Below, one piece after another: positions 32,510 to 33,093 of a stretch of DNA of 33,093 nt. The DNA comes from an uncultured Candidatus Bathyarchaeia archaeon. GTDB taxonomy: Archaea; Thermoproteota; Bathyarchaeia; Bathyarchaeales; DTEX01. A program made the translations under genes and the position numbers. The notes under the pieces are model-generated. The model saw only the letters and a list, made by a program, of their open reading frames with translations, had not been told where the DNA came from and did not search any database. How positions within the stretch are numbered: position 1 is the stretch's first letter; every line of letters starts with the position of its first letter. The DNA lies in contig CAYSEL010000010.1 of assembly GCA_964430035.1 (NCBI GenBank), positions 1-33,093 of the forward strand, in the 5' to 3' direction.

Positions 32510-33093
32510 TAAGCCCGACATGCCACGCCGTCTGGGGGATAGCTCGGCTTGAACGCCGAGGAAGGGCGTGACAAGCTGCGATAAGCCTCGGGTAGGCGCA
32601 TGTAGCCGTAGAACCGAGGATCCCCGAATGGGACCTCCTATCATGAAGGCTGAAAGGCTTTCATGATGCTCCTAACCATGGAGCGGGAACCCCCCGAACG
32701 GAAACATCTTAGTAGGGGGAGGAAGAGAAACCGATAGGGATTCCCTAAGTAGCGGCGAGCGAAAGGGGAACAGTCCAAACCAAACCCCGCAGGGAAACTT
32801 GTGGGGGATGTGGTGTGGTGGGTCCAGCTGCCTCCTACTCAGCCAAGCCGAAGTGGTCTGGAACGGCCCGCCATAGAGGGTGAGAGCCCCGTAGGCATAA
32901 ACTGAGAAGAGTTGAGCTGGAATCCCCGAGTAGTGCACCTTGATTTTGGTGCACGAAACTGGGAGTCATCAACTTCCAAGACTAAATACGTTTCAAGACC
33001 GATAGCGTACCAGTACGGTGACGGAAAGATGAAAAGTGCCCCGAAAGGGGGGTGAAAAGTGCCTGAAACCAGATGGTCACAGACGTGTGCAGC
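32510..33093 (+). rRNA. rrl: 23S (LSU) rRNA, 5' domain I, partial (continues past the right edge). The 5' boundary is approximate (+/-30 nt).
   Basis: Universally conserved LSU segments are present: GGGGGATAGCTCGGCTTGAACGCCGAGGAAGGGCGTGACAAGCTGCGATAAGCC, CCCGAATGGGACCTCC, GAACGGAAACATCTTAGTA, AGTAGCGGCGAGCGAAA, CCGATAGCGTACCAGTACGGTGACGGAAAG and GTGAAAAGTGCCTGAAACC. Confidence 0.93.

Noticed and set aside
32034-32510. 16S rRNA 3' end or ITS tRNA upstream of the 23S.
   Set aside because: I saw no 16S 3'-terminal sequence or tRNA-like sequence by eye. The region holds a protein-like ORF and an AT-rich promoter/leader instead.
32324-32938. Minus-strand ORFs 32324..32644 (106 aa) and 32672..32938 (88 aa).
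   Set aside because: They lie inside the 23S rRNA leader and domain I. The conserved LSU rRNA sequence on the + strand explains the region.
1-33093. CRISPR arrays, tRNA genes, IS elements, integrases, toxin-antitoxin or known defence genes.
   Set aside because: By eye I found no regularly spaced direct repeats, no GC-rich cloverleaf-like segments in intergenic regions, and no transposase- or integrase-like ORFs. A tRNAscan or CRISPR-finder run would be needed to be certain.

Overview
The window is a densely packed archaeal chromosomal segment of about 40 genes at roughly 45% GC. The archaeal assignment rests on RadA, RtcB, a short crenarchaeal-type XPF, a Sulfolobus-like ferredoxin, an NFACT/RqcH homolog, GGTGA-type Shine-Dalgarno sites and an archaeal-type 23S rRNA 5' domain. 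The content is most consistent with a TACK-group (Thermoproteota/Bathyarchaeia-like) genome, but that is inference only. Most genes are housekeeping:
- DNA repair: Lhr-type helicase, XPF, endonuclease III, RadA.
- RNA: RtcB, a THUMP-FtsJ methyltransferase, RqcH.
- Metabolism: GH4 glycosidase, class V aminotransferase, MoeA, a DapA-family aldolase, GcvH, class I fumarase.
- Oxidative stress: SOD, a ferritin-like protein, a CoADR/Nox flavoprotein, HtrA.

I found no CRISPR array, tRNA, integrase or IS element.

The most unusual region is 12.6-16.5 kb. An ArsR/SmtB regulator that keeps the CVC metalloid site is divergently coupled to a tight 8-gene operon of small, cysteine-motif-rich proteins:
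- a Zn-ribbon protein with a CSCGG tail
- an MvhD-like Fe-S protein
- a 2x[4Fe-4S] ferredoxin
- a CooT-like protein
- two thioredoxin-fold CxxC proteins flanking an ArsD-like protein
- an ArsP/DUF318-type CxC permease

None of the canonical arsA/arsB/arsC genes is present. I interpret this as a candidate uncharacterised ferredoxin-driven thiol relay for metal(loid) handling.

Other points of note:
- Two single-base frameshifts at short homopolymers, in nth and in the dapA-like gene.
- A 23S rRNA gene not preceded by a 16S gene, with tandem TATA boxes.
- A Zn-ferredoxin homolog that lacks all four Zn ligands.
- A 480-bp non-coding gap.
- Three convergent gene pairs whose stop codons overlap.

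All functional calls come from reading motifs and from remembered family features. No database search was run.
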